In this document: in pieces, positions 1-13,980 of the stretch
How positions within the stretch are numbered: the first letter of the stretch is position 1
Layout: each line of letters begins with the position of its first letter
Origin: Octopus vulgaris
Taxonomy: Eukaryota
Length of the DNA stretch: 64,000 bases
Assembly: GCA_951406725.2 (NCBI GenBank)
Contig: OX597820.1
Location: forward strand, 115,134,001 to 115,198,000
Reading direction: 5' to 3'
The notes under the pieces: generated by a model
What the model was told of the DNA's origin: nothing
The model's input: only the letters and a program-made list of their open reading frames with translations
The model's database searches: none
Position numbers and translations under genes: made by a program

Positions 1-24
1 CTTATAACAGAAAATGGTAGGTAA

Positions 25-994
25 TCTTAATATATAAAACAGAGTTTGTGTGTGCATATGTTCCTTATGGATTTGAAAACTGAGTTACCAATTTTGACGT
101 ATGAGGTATCAAAAGATTCAGTAATCTTTTGGCTACCAAATAAAGTATGATTTTTGTACAACAACTCTTTTTTACTACAAAAATAACCTTGAAAATGAGG
201 TTTTGTTGCACAATTTTGAGGTATTTAGCTAACAGAGGCAACTCTGCTTGAACAGTAAGTCTTACACAGAATATAATGAGATAATGTTTAAAATACATGG
301 AGTTTTACCAAGGAATGAAACTTTGAAGAGATACCGTCAACTTTATTAGTATTATTTACTAGATAATCTTTTAATGTGAAGTATGTTTTCCTGTTTTGTT
401 TGATCCAGAGTTGCCTCTGATGTAGCAGACCCATTGCATCGTTCTTTTTTTTTCTTCCTGAAATACTGTAAATCTGTATCTTTCTTTTGATGAAAAAATG
501 TGTATTAAGAGAGATTTGGCTGCTATTTGTAATAGCTCAAGTTACCACAGACACAACTCTGTGTGTGTGTTTTATTGTGGTGCAAAAAATATTTTTCTCA
601 AAATATTTTGCACAATAATTTTTAAAGAAATCTGGACATCTTTCTTACTGCGAACCATTCAACTTCAAATTACAATTATTAATTGTTGGAAGTCAAATAG
701 ACTGCAATGTACACATAGTGTTATTGTATAGGTGGAAGTTCAGCACAAAGTTTTGAACTCATTATCTTGTGGTTAGTAATGCATTACTTTAAATTTGAAG
801 CCATTAAGTATTTTACTGGGTTTAGTCTTTCAGCTGTCGCCATGATGGGGTATCACCTTCAAAAATTCAATTGATCATACTGACCTCAGTACATATTTCA
901 ATTTGGTATTTATTTTATAGATCTCTGCTTGATGAACTGCTAACCTTGAGACATACTGGGATACATTACTCGATTTAACAACAAATGTAAACAC

Positions 995-1030
<36 letters not shown>

Positions 1031-1329
1031 CCACACACACATACTAGATGCAAGAATGACTGTGTGGTTGAGAAGTTTGCTTCCCAACCGCATAGTACCT
1101 TGAGCAAGTGTTTTCTACTATAGCCCTAGGTTAAACACAGACTTGTGACTGAATTTGGTAGACGGAAACTGCAGCATTGTCCATCAGAGAATAACCAAAA
1201 AACAAATTCATAAAGAAGAGTTGTTTGCTTCATACTCCTCGTGTGCCGATTCTGTTAATAAGAAAGGAACAGATAATACAATGTGGCTGTAGGTCATAAC
1301 ACCCGGGCAACACCAGGATGCATTGCTAG
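25..1329 (+). mobile_element. Possible decayed non-autonomous Helitron with nested SINE fragments
   Basis: A|TC start (tcttaatatataaaacagag) at 25; imperfect GC hairpin cccgggcaacaccagg near 1302, then CTAG|T at 1326-1330. That both ends belong to one element is inferred. Confidence 0.3.
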
Positions 1330-1736
1330 TTGTTAATAAAATAACTGTGGGCTAATGTGCTATTATTTTACAGCCATCTTTCCTCAGAAGAAGGAACCTT
1401 CTCCTTCCATTAGAAATTCATCTCTCCTCATGACATAAATTTATACAATTTTTCAGATATTGTTAACTGTTTTTTGTTTAGCCAATTCTAATTTAATTTT
1501 TAAACTTTTCTACATAGTTATTGTTGCTTGGGTCAACACTGATTTAGTAAATCTGTGGTCAGAGGTATTCCAGCCTCAACCATGCCTGACTTTTAAGAGT
1601 ATCAATATGACTCTTTTTTTTTAAGACAATAAGATTTGAGAGAAATAAGATTTGAGAGAAAATTAGCTCCTCCCTCATTGGTTTTAAAAAGAAAATATTT
1701 CTTATCTAGCTGTTATCCAAAACCCAATATTATTAT

Positions 1737-2215
1737 CATCATCATCATCATCATTTAACGTCCGCTTTCCATGCTAGCATGGGTTGGATGATTTGACTGA
1801 GGTCTGGCGAACCAGACTCCAATCTGATCTGGAAGAGTTTCTACAGCTGGATGCCCTTCCTAACGCCAACCACTCCGAGAGTGTAGTGGGTGCTTTTACG
1901 TGCCACCGGCACGAGGGCCAGTTTGGTGGTACTGGCAATGGCCACGCCCAAATGGTGCTTTTTATGTGCCACCTGCACAGGAGCCAGTCCAGCGGCACTG
2001 GCGACGACCTCGCTCGAATGTTTCACGTGCCACCAACATAAGTGCTAGTAAGGCGACGCAAGTAACGATCACGCCCGAATGGTGTGCTTAAACGTGCCAT
2101 CGACACAAAGGCCAGCTTGTTGCTCTGGCAACGATCTCACTTGTATGGTACTCTTAGTGCTCCACTAGCGACGGGTGCTAGTCACCGAGTTTGATTTTGA
2201 CTTCGATTTCGATTA
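1737..2215 (-). mobile_element. 3' end (UTR) of RTE-clade LINE
   Basis: (CAT)n tail on +, motif ggatgcccttcctaacgccaacc and ~65-nt internal repeats. The same sequence directly follows RT-coding RTE copies at 14889 and 62390. Confidence 0.75.
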
Positions 2216-2229
2216 ATATATATTATAAA

Positions 2230-2435
2230 GATAGCAAGCTGGCAGAAGCATTGGCATGCTGAGTGAAATACTTAGTAGCATTTCATCTGTCCTTGTGTTT
2301 TGAGTTCAAACGTCTACTTTATCTTTCATCCTTTTGGGGTTGATAAAATAAGTACCAGTTGAATACCGGGGTCAGTGTAATCAACTTGCTTCCTCCCAGC
2401 AAGATTGCTGGTCTTGTGCCAAAATTTGAAATCAA
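2230..2435 (+). mobile_element. tRNA-derived SINE with Meta-like core, diverged
   Basis: agctggcagaa...gagttcaaa...ctttcatccttttggggttgataaaataagtacc, similar to the cleaner copy at 29715. Confidence 0.6.
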
Positions 2436-3482
2436 TATTAGAATATATTATAAGGTTATAATAATTGCTGCAGAGTGTTGCAAAAAACAAAAAATCTTAA
2501 ATTTACCGTTCTTGATAAAGCAGTGTGCACTCGTCCAAGCCATAATGGGAACTGCAAGAAGAAAACAAAGATGCTAAGATTGCTGGCATCACATCTAGGA
2601 GTGTGTAAAATATGGGAGATTCTTTAGTCACACCTTGTATATACATATGTATATGTATGTGTGTATATGTGAATCATCATCATTATTTAATGTCTGTCTA
2701 CCATACTGGATGGGTTGGACAATTTGACATGATCTAGGCAAGCTGGAGAGCTGCACCAATTTCCATTGTCTTCTTTTGCATGGTTTCTATGGCTGGATGC
2801 CCTTCCTAATGCCAGCCACTACAGTGTACTGGGTGCACCTGTACCAGAGGGGTTGCCAAGTAACTTGTGAGAGGAAGACTTCTCAGTTACGAGAGGGAGT
2901 GGAACCAAGGGAGGTGGCTTTGTGCTAGTTAAAGTATAATAGAAGGATAGAGATAGGTGTCTTAGTATAGAGGAGATACTTGGCTACCCTAGTAAGAAAA
3001 GAAAAGAAAGGAAGGAGAGATCAAGTTAGAAATAAAGATAGATGGGTAGAGAGAGCGAAATAGCTGGTGGAACAGTGGGGCAAGTGGGTATAAGTGATAC
3101 AAATTCCATTTTGTCCTATGCAAGCATAGAAAAGATGTTGAATGATTATGATGCTGACAATGGCCCATTAGATATGTATGCACACACATACGCACAAGGT
3201 TTGATAAAGCAAATAACAGTTATAGTGTTGTTGGTTCCTGCATTCTAGTGTTTAATCAATTTTAAGAGGATTACTGCCAGTGCTTCTTGGGCTAGCAACA
3301 ATTTCCCTCTCGGTTAATTCTTGTGGATAACCCTGGATATTTATGTATTTATTTAATTAACCTTCATTAACACTCTTTTATTAATGTTTTCCTTTCTGTC
3401 TTTCTTTTTCTCCACAGACCGAAGGCACTAAGAAGATTGTCCATCCAGTATTTTTGCTGAAGATATTTCTTCCTCAGGCATC

Positions 3483-4334
3483 ATGGTTTTAGCTTCTGCT
3501 TCGAGCCAAAGTCACATGGGGGGCTGGCAGATGATGGAAGATGGTGAACACAACTATTCCATAGTCTTCAATTTCGAGAAGCTCTTTGATGAACCCTCTT
3601 TCATGGAGTACATGCTCAAGAATTGGACCAATTGCTTTATTTATTCAGTCATCTACATAGTTCTCATCTTTGGTGGACAGTGTTGGATGAAAGCCAGAAA
3701 CAGATTCGACCTCCGGCCTGCTTTGGCTGTGTGGAGTGGAACATTGGCTCTGTTCAGCATTGCAGGTGCCATTCGTACATTGCCGGAGCTGATTTCAACG
3801 ATCCGAAACCGTAGCCTACAATATTCCATCTGTGTACCAACATACTTCCGTGGTGTAACTAGCTTCTGGGCATATATGTTCACTGTATCGAAGGTGTTTG
3901 AGCTGGGTGATACACTGTTCATAGTCCTCCGGAAACAGCAGTTGATATTCCTGCACTGGTACCATCACATTGCCACATTGATCTACGTCTGGTATAGTTA
4001 CACTGACCATACAGCCCCTGGACGATGGTTCATGGTTATGAACTATATTGTACATTCTATCATGTATACATATTATGCTTTGCGAGCAATGCGCATCTAT
4101 CTTCCAGTGGTAGTTAACATGACTGTCACATCCCTGCAGATTTTACAAATGGTCGTTGGGTGCCTCATAAACTACTGGTCATTCCAAATCAAAACACGAG
4201 GGGAGTACTGCAACCAGAGTTACGATAATATAAAATACTCAACTCTTATGTATTGTAGTTATTTCTTCCTCTTTGCTCATTTTTTCTACAATGCATATAT
4301 TAGGAAACAGAAGCTTATGAAAAAGGTTTCTTGA
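3483..4334 (+). CDS. ELOVL6: Elongation of very long chain fatty acids protein 6-like (ELO family), 283 aa, single coding exon
   Basis: ELO motifs SKVFELGDT, FLHWYHH, NYIVHSIMYTYYAL and TSLQILQM; hydrophobic TM segments; C-terminal KKVS ER-retrieval signal. Polypyrimidine tract and AG at 3416-3417; in-frame TAA upstream of the ATG. Confidence 0.93.
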   Translation: MVLASASSQSHMGGWQMMEDGEHNYSIVFNFEKLFDEPSFMEYMLKNWTNCFIYSVIYIVLIFGGQCWMKARNRFDLRPALAVWSGTLALFSIAGAIRTLPELISTIRNRSLQYSICVPTYFRGVTSFWAYMFTVSKVFELGDTLFIVLRKQQLIFLHWYHHIATLIYVWYSYTDHTAPGRWFMVMNYIVHSIMYTYYALRAMRIYLPVVVNMTVTSLQILQMVVGCLINYWSFQIKTRGEYCNQSYDNIKYSTLMYCSYFFLFAHFFYNAYIRKQKLMKKVS

Positions 4335-5019
4335 AAAAAATGAACGCCAGCTCCATCTGACAGGGTTGGAGTCAACACATTTTTCTGAGCATCTTTAAAA
4401 AAAAAAATTAATTAGAATAATAAACTCAGAAAGAACACTCCTCACCAGTGTGTGTGTGTATGTGTGTGTGTGTGTGTGTGTGTGTATGCAGGTGGGGGTT
4501 GTGTGGTTGAGGTGGGGAGTGAAAAGGATAAGTTAAAAGAAAAAAGAAGGGAAACTGTAACAAGAAGAAAAAATCCAGAACAAATTGAATTCATGATTTA
4601 CTCAGCCAAGAAGCAAACAAGCAAAATAATAGACATGCAAGAAAACTTTGCTAAAATTGACGAAGATGGAAATAATAATTTTGACATTACTTCATCAGCT
4701 CTTACAATGAAATCCATTTTTGTTTCTGCCTCTCTCTTTTTTGTTTCGTTTCTGCCCCCTCATATTATTTAAAATTATTTTAATCGTCTGAAGAATTAAA
4801 TTTTCTGCTACCTTTAAATATATAAAAACAAAGAAAACAATTTCTTTTATTTGAAATGATTTTTTTCAAAGACATTATTAAAAATTATATTGTTTGTTTT
4901 AAAGATATATATTCACACACACACGCAATATATATATATGTTTTTCATGCACACACAGATAGATATATGTGTATGCATTTATACATGTATATACTTACAC
5001 ACACTCACACTCATATATA

Positions 5020-5445
<426 letters not shown>

Positions 5446-6247
5446 ATTTTTTGATATAGTCAAGTGCCTCAGGTACTGACCATAGCTCTATGTCACTGGA
5501 TCACCTAATAAAAAGCAGGTACTACTACTTCTCCTTCGCAGTTGAATACTTTGCAATAGGAATGACTCCAGTGTATAAAAAGTCTTGCAGCATTATTCGT
5601 TTCCATGCTTTGCAGGGAGATAAGGATGCGAAATGTCTGTCTCTTTGCATATATGTATTCTTTTGTAATATACATATCTGCATATGTGTGTTTGTGTGTG
5701 TGTGCATGCAAACGTATGTGTATACATACAGATATGTGTATATATATATCTATATATATATATATATATATAATGTGTAATATGTAACTTGAAATTTGGT
5801 GGAAGTTAGTCTGAATTATTATCAGGTTAGAGGATTGGCAGGGGCGATAAGAGCCAGACAAAATATCTCACAGTATCTAGTTTGATATCATTTATCATCT
5901 TAGTTCAAAACTTTACCTCTGATCTTTCTGGTTGCAGTTTAGTCAAGTAACTCCTCTCCTCAATTTTAGCTTGTGCCTATGCTAGAAATTATTATTAAGT
6001 CAGCAGGCTGGCAGAATTATCAGCATGTTGGACAAAATGTTTAGTGGCATTTCAGCAGTCTTTATGTTCTGAATTCAAATTCTGCAGAGGTGGGCTTTGC
6101 CTTTCATTCTTTCAAGGTTGATAAAATAAATCCCAATTGAACACTGGGGTTGATGTAACTGACTTACCCCTTCCCTCAAAATTACTGGCCTTGTGCCAAA
6201 GTTTGAAACTATTATTATTATTAGTAGTAGTAGCAGCAGCAGCAGTA

Positions 6248-6617
6248 TGGAGGCACAATGGCCCAGTGGTTAGGGCAGCGGACTCGCGGTCGGAGGATCA
6301 TGGTTTCGATTCTCAGACCAGGCGTTGTGTGTGTTTATTGAGCGAAAACACCTAAAGCTCCACGAGGCTCCAGCAGGGGTTGGTGGCGGCCCCTGTTGTA
6401 CTTTTTCGCCCCAACTTTTCTCTCACTCTTTCTTCCTGTTTCTTGTCCCCAACTTCCTACGCAACCGCTGAGCCTGGATGCGCATTCATCCATCCGTCGA
6501 TGCTCTCGGTGTTGGGGGTTGACCTGCTTTCTCTTCTGCGGGTCTTACGACTAGCAAAAGGACCACGTTTCGGACTTCTCCCATCTTGCGAGCTCTGGGA
6601 CGAAGACCATTCGCTCA
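6248..6617 (+). mobile_element. tRNA-derived SINE (head GGAGGCRCAATGGCCCAGTGG), tail type A
   Basis: Pol III box A tggcccagtgg and box B gtttcgattc; head shared with 23184, 32559, 39224, 39867 and 46371; ends in CAA/CAG repeats. Confidence 0.8.
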
Positions 6618-7959
6618 GCAACAGCAACAGCAGCAGTAGTAGTAGTAGTTGTAGTAGTAGTAGTAGTAGTATTAAGGTGGTGAGCTGGCAGAATTGTTAG
6701 CTTGTTTGACAAAATGCTTAACAACCTTTCTTGCAGCTTTGCATTCTGTGATCAAATGCTACTGAGGTCGATTTTGTGTTTTTATCCTTTTGGGGTGTTA
6801 ATAAAATAAATACTGCGGAGCACTGGGATTGATGAAAAAATAGTGTCGTACATAGTAGATGCCTTTTATTATCTGATTCAATCCCTTCACAGCCTTAGTT
6901 CATGTTATGCTGGGGATGATTTTGTTTTTTATCCTTCTAGATCTGATAAATATTGAAGTTGATTTAATTAGTTATAATCTTGCCTAGAAATTTGTTGGTT
7001 TGTATCAACATTCATTATAATTCAGTCGAGCATCTGACTGAATACTTTGCTGTCTTTAATTATGTCCCCTTTGCATTTTGAGCTTAAATTCCTCTTGGGT
7101 AAGCTTCACATTTCATCCCACTGGGTTTCATAAAATAAAATATTAGTAAGGTAGTTGCATTTAACTAAATTATTAATGATGCCTTCCTCTAGAATTTGCT
7201 GTGTTTGACTATTATTATCAGTAAATTGGCAAGCTGACAGAATTGTTAGCACATCAGATAAAATGCTTAGCAGTATTTTGTCTGTCTTTACGTCCTGAGT
7301 TCAAATTCTGCCAAGGTTAACTTTACTTTCCATCTTTTTGGGTCAATAAAATAAATATCAGTTAAGCACTAGGATTAGCATAATCGACTGTTCCCCATCC
7401 CCAAAACTTCAGGCCTTATGCCTATAGAAGACGATTATTATAGTTATTAATCTGGCAAGCTGCAGAATTATTTGAGTATCATAAAAATACCTTGCATTTT
7501 TATGATACACTACTTTATGTTCTGAATTTGAATTCTGCTGGTGTCTATACAATCCTCTTGCATCTACCCCCACCCCCACTAAAATTGCTGGCCTTGTGCC
7601 GAAATTGGAAAGAATTATTATTATTAATTTCATGAAAGTCTAGTAGAAATTAAAAGCCAAATAAAATAATCCAGATAAGCAACATCATAAAAATGCATGT
7701 TTGAGAGAAAAGCTGCCTCAGCTTTGCAGTCTTAGGCATTTGTCTGTAAATCTTCCTGAGAAATATCTACAAAGTACATCTCCTGGGGACGATGTATTCT
7801 AATTTTCTGCCCCACCCCCACCACACCCACTCCCTTAGTTGTCGATACAACCCTTTCATGTTGTTTTGGTTCTCCTGGTACATTATGATTTTGGTTTAAT
7901 TTTCATGCATGCACATGCATATGCACACACTTGTAAGTTTATTTCATATATGATGTCTG

Positions 7960-8112
7960 TATGTATATATATATATATATATATATTATATGCATGATAG
8001 GTACATATTTATATATATATATATATGTGTGTGTGTATGTGTGTGTTTATATATGTTTATAAATATATATATATATATATATTACATACACACATACATA
8101 AATACATACATG

Positions 8113-8147
<35 letters not shown>

Positions 8148-8188
8148 ATATATATATATGTATATATATATATGTATATGTATATATG

Positions 8189-8221
<33 letters not shown>

Positions 8222-8306
8222 GTATATATATATATATGTATATATGTATATATATGTATATATATATGTATGTATATATGTATATATATGTATATATATA
8301 TGTATG

Positions 8307-8369
<63 letters not shown>

Positions 8370-8625
8370 GTATATATATGTATGTATATATATATATGTA
8401 TAAATATATATATATGTATAAATATATATATATGTATAAATATATATATATGTATATATATGTATATATATATGTATGTATATATATATATGTATAAATA
8501 TATATATATGTATATATATATGTATATATATATGTGTGTATATATATATATATGTATATATATATGTATAAATATATATATATGTATATATGTATATATA
8601 TGTGTGTATATATATATATATATAC
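7960..8625. repeat. Compound (TA)n/(TATG)n microsatellite
   Basis: Direct inspection. Confidence 0.95.
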
Positions 8626-10039
8626 TTTGTTTCTGTTACTTTTTTATTACTTTTTTGTTTCCATCATTGCATATTAAAAGAAAATATTTTAAAAAATTCA
8701 ATGAAAACAGTTTTTTTGTTTGTTTATTATCATTTCTAGATTCTTTCCTTAACCCCATATTTTGTGAGAGCTAATTGTTTTTGTTTTTTCAGTTATTTTG
8801 TATGTTAAGTATTAGATGCAGTTGAGAGAGAGAGAGAGAGAGAAAGTTGTGGAGTTTAAATCTAAATGAGAGAACTGTTAAGACATAAGTGTTAATTTGC
8901 TTTCTGTTGACTTTGAACTAAAAAGTTTGAAAATTTCCACTTAATTTTGAGGCACATATGTTAGCTGAAGACTGCAAAATGAATGCTGTGTATGTCATTG
9001 CATTCGTGTGATGTTTTATGTTCTATCTTCCTATCATGTGAAAGATGAATAGCATAAGGTAGGCTTGCAAAACAAGAACCTGTTAAGGATAACTACATTA
9101 GCTATCGCTGGTGATGATCATAGGTAGAAAAGACAGGTACTTGAAGCTACCTTGGGTTGGGTAATGAATTGAACAACACATTGTTGTGTTCAGAAGAAGA
9201 CTTTGATGGTAGCAATGAAAAATGACTCTAAGTCTATGCACAAGCACAGACAGGTTACATAAATGACTGGGTCATATCTGAAATAGCATTGATATTACTA
9301 TTAATAGGCTACAGTAATAGAAAAGTTAGTACAACAGATGGGTTAAAGCGACTGTAGGAATACTTATCACAGTTTTACTCAGATGACTAGGTCTTTACCA
9401 AAGGCCAAAGTAAATAACTGTTTTAGAAGGGACAGCATGTCAGAATAAGTTCAGAGACCGGTGTTAAACTGGCAGTAGAGAACCAAGTCTAAAATTTATG
9501 TCCAAATTCTAAAAGTTTCTTTTGTTTTCAAAATTCTTTTGTCCACCTTCACTTGGTAGCTGTTTTCCTACTCCATCAACATCATCATCTCTTTAAAAAT
9601 ATTCCCCCCAATACTAATTAGAAGGTAAGCCATAACAATAATTTTTATTATACATAATCCACTTAGGATTTTAATCCAGGCACTCTTAACACAGCCACAA
9701 ATGTAATCCCTAACTCCATAACAGTTGTGTTGCCCCCTTGTATTAGTGTTGAATCATTGTTTCTCTTTTGTTCTGTATTTGCCCCATATAGACTGGACTG
9801 GTTTTGTTGCTGTAACCTCAAAACAGAGTTGGCAACAGTACCACTACTGACTTAGTTAGTTCTTGTCATTATCAGTAAAAAAAAAAGACTATCATTGGTA
9901 AATCTGCAATAAATAAAAGAAAATACAAGATTTTGTTGTTCTGTAGAGTTTTATAGAGATTTTCACATACACAGAGTGTTAGTGCATGAGATTTGCGCAC
10001 ACACACACACACACACACACTCATAAATGTATATATGTT

Positions 10040-10436
10040 CTTTTATTGTTTTATTTGTTTCAATCATTTGACTGCGGCCATGCTGGAGCACTGGGTTTGA
10101 AGGGTTTATGTTGAACAAATTGAACCCGGAACTTTTTTTTAAGCCTAGTACTTATTCGATTGGTCTCTTTTACTGAACTGCTAAGTTACATGGATGTAAA
10201 CACACCAACACCAGTTGTTAAGTGGTGATGGAAGGAGTAACACAAAGATACACACACACACACACACATATATATATATGCATATGACAGGCTTCTTTCA
10301 GTTTCCATCTCACAAGGCTTTGGTCGACGACCAGATTCTATAGTAGAACACCTTTGCCCAAGGTACCATGTAGTGGGATTGAACCTGGACAACTATGCCT
10401 GCACCTACATATGTATTTGGATATATATTTATATAC

Positions 10437-10469
<33 letters not shown>

Positions 10470-10832
10470 TATACTCTCTTTTACTTGTTTCAGTCATTTG
10501 ACTGCAGCTATGCTGGAGCACCGCCTTTTAGTTTTATTCTTTGTAAGCCTAGTACTTATTCTTTCAGTGTCTTTTTGCTGAACCACTAAGTTACAGGGAC
10601 ATAAACACACCGACATTGGTTGTCAAGTGATGGGGTGGGTGGGGGAACATAGACACACAAATACATATATAAAATATATATATATATATATATATATACG
10701 ACAGGCTTCTTGTAGTTTCTATCTACCAAATCTACTCAAAGCTTTGGTCAGCTTGAGGTACCACTCAGTGGGATTGAACCTGAAACCATGTTGTTGGGAA
10801 GCAAGCTTCTTACCACACAACCACCCCTGCGC
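10040..10832 (-). mobile_element. Two tandem copies of a second tRNA-derived SINE family (CORE-like ccttgggcaag segment)
   Basis: Repeated blocks tcatttgactgcggccatgctggagca, aagcctagtacttattc and cacaaggctttggtc; further copies near 16735, 36190, 38950, 49590 and 57630. Confidence 0.7.
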
Positions 10833-11036
10833 ATATATATGTGTGTGTATATATATATATATGTATGTATGTATAAATTCATATAAATAAGGACTTGATC
10901 ATTATTTAAAATACTGATCATATGATGTGGCTATCATGGGAATAAAAACCTCATAGGTAATAATTATTATTAAAATTATGATTAAGGGTATCTAAAAGAT
11001 ACCACCATGCTAGATATAGCAGCCAAAACTTGACTC

Positions 11037-11102
11037 TAAAACCACATTAAATGTTCATACAGCACCATTAAATGTGCTGTATGAACATTTAATGTGGTTT
11101 TA
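11037..11102. repeat. Perfect hairpin, 29-bp arms, 8-nt loop
   Basis: taaaaccacattaaatgttcatacagcac-cattaaat-gtgctgtatgaacatttaatgtggtttta. Confidence 0.95.
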
Positions 11103-11109
11103 TACATAT

Positions 11110-11280
11110 ATAGGGAGAGTTTACCAAAAAAAACAACAAAAAGACGAAGACAGGTGGTGTACAAAACAAACAGATGTATTAATAAAATGCTCAGGAATAG
11201 AAAAAATCTTTTACATTTCAAGCCTTCACTCTTCTACAGAAAGGGACACAGAAAAAACAAGGAGAAAAAAATGTGTGTAG
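11110..11280 (-). mobile_element. Short dispersed repeat, probable PLE terminal fragment with a degenerate hammerhead-like core
   Basis: Inverted homolog of 19455-19620; minus strand reads cttt-CTGTAGA-a-gagt-gaag-gctt-GAAATGTA-aaag. Confidence 0.5.
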
Positions 11281-11389
11281 AGCACTGTCTCGCTCCAGTG
11301 TCTGCTTTGGTATAGTTTCTATAATTGCTTGTCCTTCCTAATGCCAACCACTTTATAGGGTGTATATACATACGCACATATATATATTA

Positions 11390-11790
11390 TCATCATCATC
11401 AACATTTAGCATCTGTTTTCTGTGCTGGCATGGGTTGGATGATTTGAGAGGCACTGGTGAGGCCAGGGGCTGCACCAGGCTCCAATTATCTGCTCTGGCT
11501 TGGTTTCTATAGCTGGATACCCTTCCTAATGCCAATCACTTTACAGAGTGTACTGGGTGCTCTTTATGTGACAACAGCACCCACACCAATGCTTTTCATG
11601 TGGCACCTTGGTTTTAAGATATCATTCTGTTGTGGTGGGCAGGTCTTCTTGAGTACAGCAATGTGCCACACACTTCGGTCCTTTGTCTTCTTCATAAAGC
11701 TCAACATTATGAGATCAGCCTTCAATACTTCATCCCATCTCTTCCTGGATCTACCCCTTCCACAAATTCCCTCCACTTTTAAGTGATTGG
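11390..11790 (-). mobile_element. RTE LINE 3' fragment
   Basis: GRGRSRKRWDEVLKADL C-terminal peptide, 3' UTR and (GAT)n tail. Confidence 0.75.
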
Positions 11791-12789
11791 TAACCTTGTA
11801 CTTATTCTATGTGAATTATGTCCCTTTTGTGATGAAGGACAACCTAGCCAATTAACAAATAGAGTTTGATAAAATAAGTCATAGATTAAGCTTTATGGTC
11901 TCTATTACTGACAAAATGTCTTTGAGATCATATCCTAGCATTGTTGCAGTCCAAAGGCAGCAACCAGTAAAGGAATATGTATACACAAATATATATTGAT
12001 ATACACACATACACCTATGTAGATATCCCATTTGTGTTGAAATCTCTCTCTCTCTCTCTCTCTCTCATAACAAACCCTTATGTTACCATATTTCTGTTGA
12101 AATACATACCCCTTTTCCTTATCAAGTAGGTGTATTGAACGTAAATTAACATGAGATTTTAATTTAAATCAATTTGAAATAGGAAGTTTGTATCAAGAAA
12201 ATAGAGGTGGTCCCAGACAGGTGAGGAGAAAAGGGGTAAATTATAGTTTTTTTTTGTTATAATTAGAATGATGGATGGGTAGTGCAAACAGACAAAATAC
12301 CTTGTGGAATTATACATTCCAAGTTCAAATTCTGCCATTTGATACCTGTCATTTGATAAAGGTCAATTTAATTAACTGCACCTGTTTCAAAACTTGTGGC
12401 CTTGTGCCAATATTAGAAACCAATATTTTCTATAAATTCTTGGTGTTTTATTTTTGTGTGTGTGTGTGTGTATATTATACTACAAACTTAATGAAACACT
12501 TTCAATAAATGTGCTTCATATATTTGGGGTAAATGATTACATCAGGGTTGTTGTTTTTTCACCCTGAATTCACATTAAGAAATGTTCCTCCTTTGCTCTA
12601 AAGCCAATTTCATTGCCATTTTAGTTGAGCCTCCCATGATGACAAATAAAAATTTATTGTAAATATTAAAAGAATCTGGAATCACACTTTACCATTATGT
12701 GGTGTAGACATTTATGTAAATACAGATGTTTTTGTGTGTGTTTACAAAAAACAAAATAAATTACAGGGTTGATTTGCTGCTATGAATAA

Positions 12790-13980
12790 AAATTCCAGTG
12801 TTTCAGATATTTCGTCCTTCTTCAGAGAAAGAATACAAAAGCTAATGCTATTTTCAGAGAATGGAAAACTTAAAGAGTAATGTGGAGTGTTAGGTGTAGG
12901 AAGAGGGATAAAAGAACAGTATGAGTTGTGTGGGAAAGAATGATGAGGGTAGTGAAGGCCAAGTGAAGTGAATTAAGGGAAAAGGTAGAGTGATTGACCA
13001 AAAAGACATATAGAATAAAGCAGGCACACACGCACAAAGAGATGGGGCAAAGGGAACGTGCACAAATTATCTGTTGAGCAGTAGGAGTTATATATAAAAA
13101 ATAGAACTTCAGTATATATTGGAATGCAAGAAAATACAAGACAGAAATAAAAATAGGACACTGTCTACAAGAACAACACTTATACCTCACTGCATGTGTG
13201 TGTAAAAATAATATAACCAGACACAAACTTCACCAAATTGCTGGTCATCTGTGATCACTCTCATCACATTAGTACATTCTTTAATCACTTTGCCGTGGAA
13301 CTTGCCCTCATCTTTGATGCTAAGTGTTTGCTTCTTGGCAGGAATGTCCATCATATTTCATATGTATAGTAGATGAAATTCAGATGTGCTGAGACCAAAC
13401 ATTTTCTTTAACAGAGGCAGTTGATGGCTTTCATCTACTACAACAGGGCACTATTTCACAAACCTCAAATATTTCAACTGGACATTTACTTTAGGACTGT
13501 TTTATTCTTTTAACCTGTTCTTATAAATATCACCATGATCTTTGATAATTCCTATTTCTATAGGAGACTGGCTTGAATACATGATTATCTGGATGGCCTA
13601 TAAAGAGAGAGTTGTAGGGGATCAATGTGCTGATATTTAATAGGGAAGAAGCCCTCTGTAAAATTAGGACCACTGGTTCTACAAGAAGCTTCCCAGATAT
13701 AAGTTTTCTTGCCTACTAAAACTTAATCTCTACCACAGTTTACAAACTCATCTCCTCTTCTTTACTTTCTCTTATGGCCACCAACTTTGTCCTCAAAACT
13801 CTCTTCAGTTCTATTTACTACCCCAAACTCCCAAGCCCAGCACTACCGGTCATCTCATCATGTGTGCTTGAAGCTACTCCAACCAACTTATTTTCCCTTT
13901 TGTTACTACTCTCCCATCTTTTATTAAAAATGTTCTTCTCTGAAGAAGGACAAGTATCTGAAAATCAAATTTCTTATGAA
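12790..13980 (+). mobile_element. Decayed Penelope-like element with inverted ends
   Basis: Inverted motif ctctgaagaaggac...tatctgaaa at 12801-12830 (-) and 13938-13965 (+); frameshifted GIY-YIG-like remnant (GVIY..YIG..KTEIKIGHCLQE) at ~13081-13180. Confidence 0.45.

Noticed and set aside
8930-9960. Possible old LINE remnant (also 54700-55400)
   Set aside because: No motif could be read with confidence by eye; needs RepeatMasker or a translated search.
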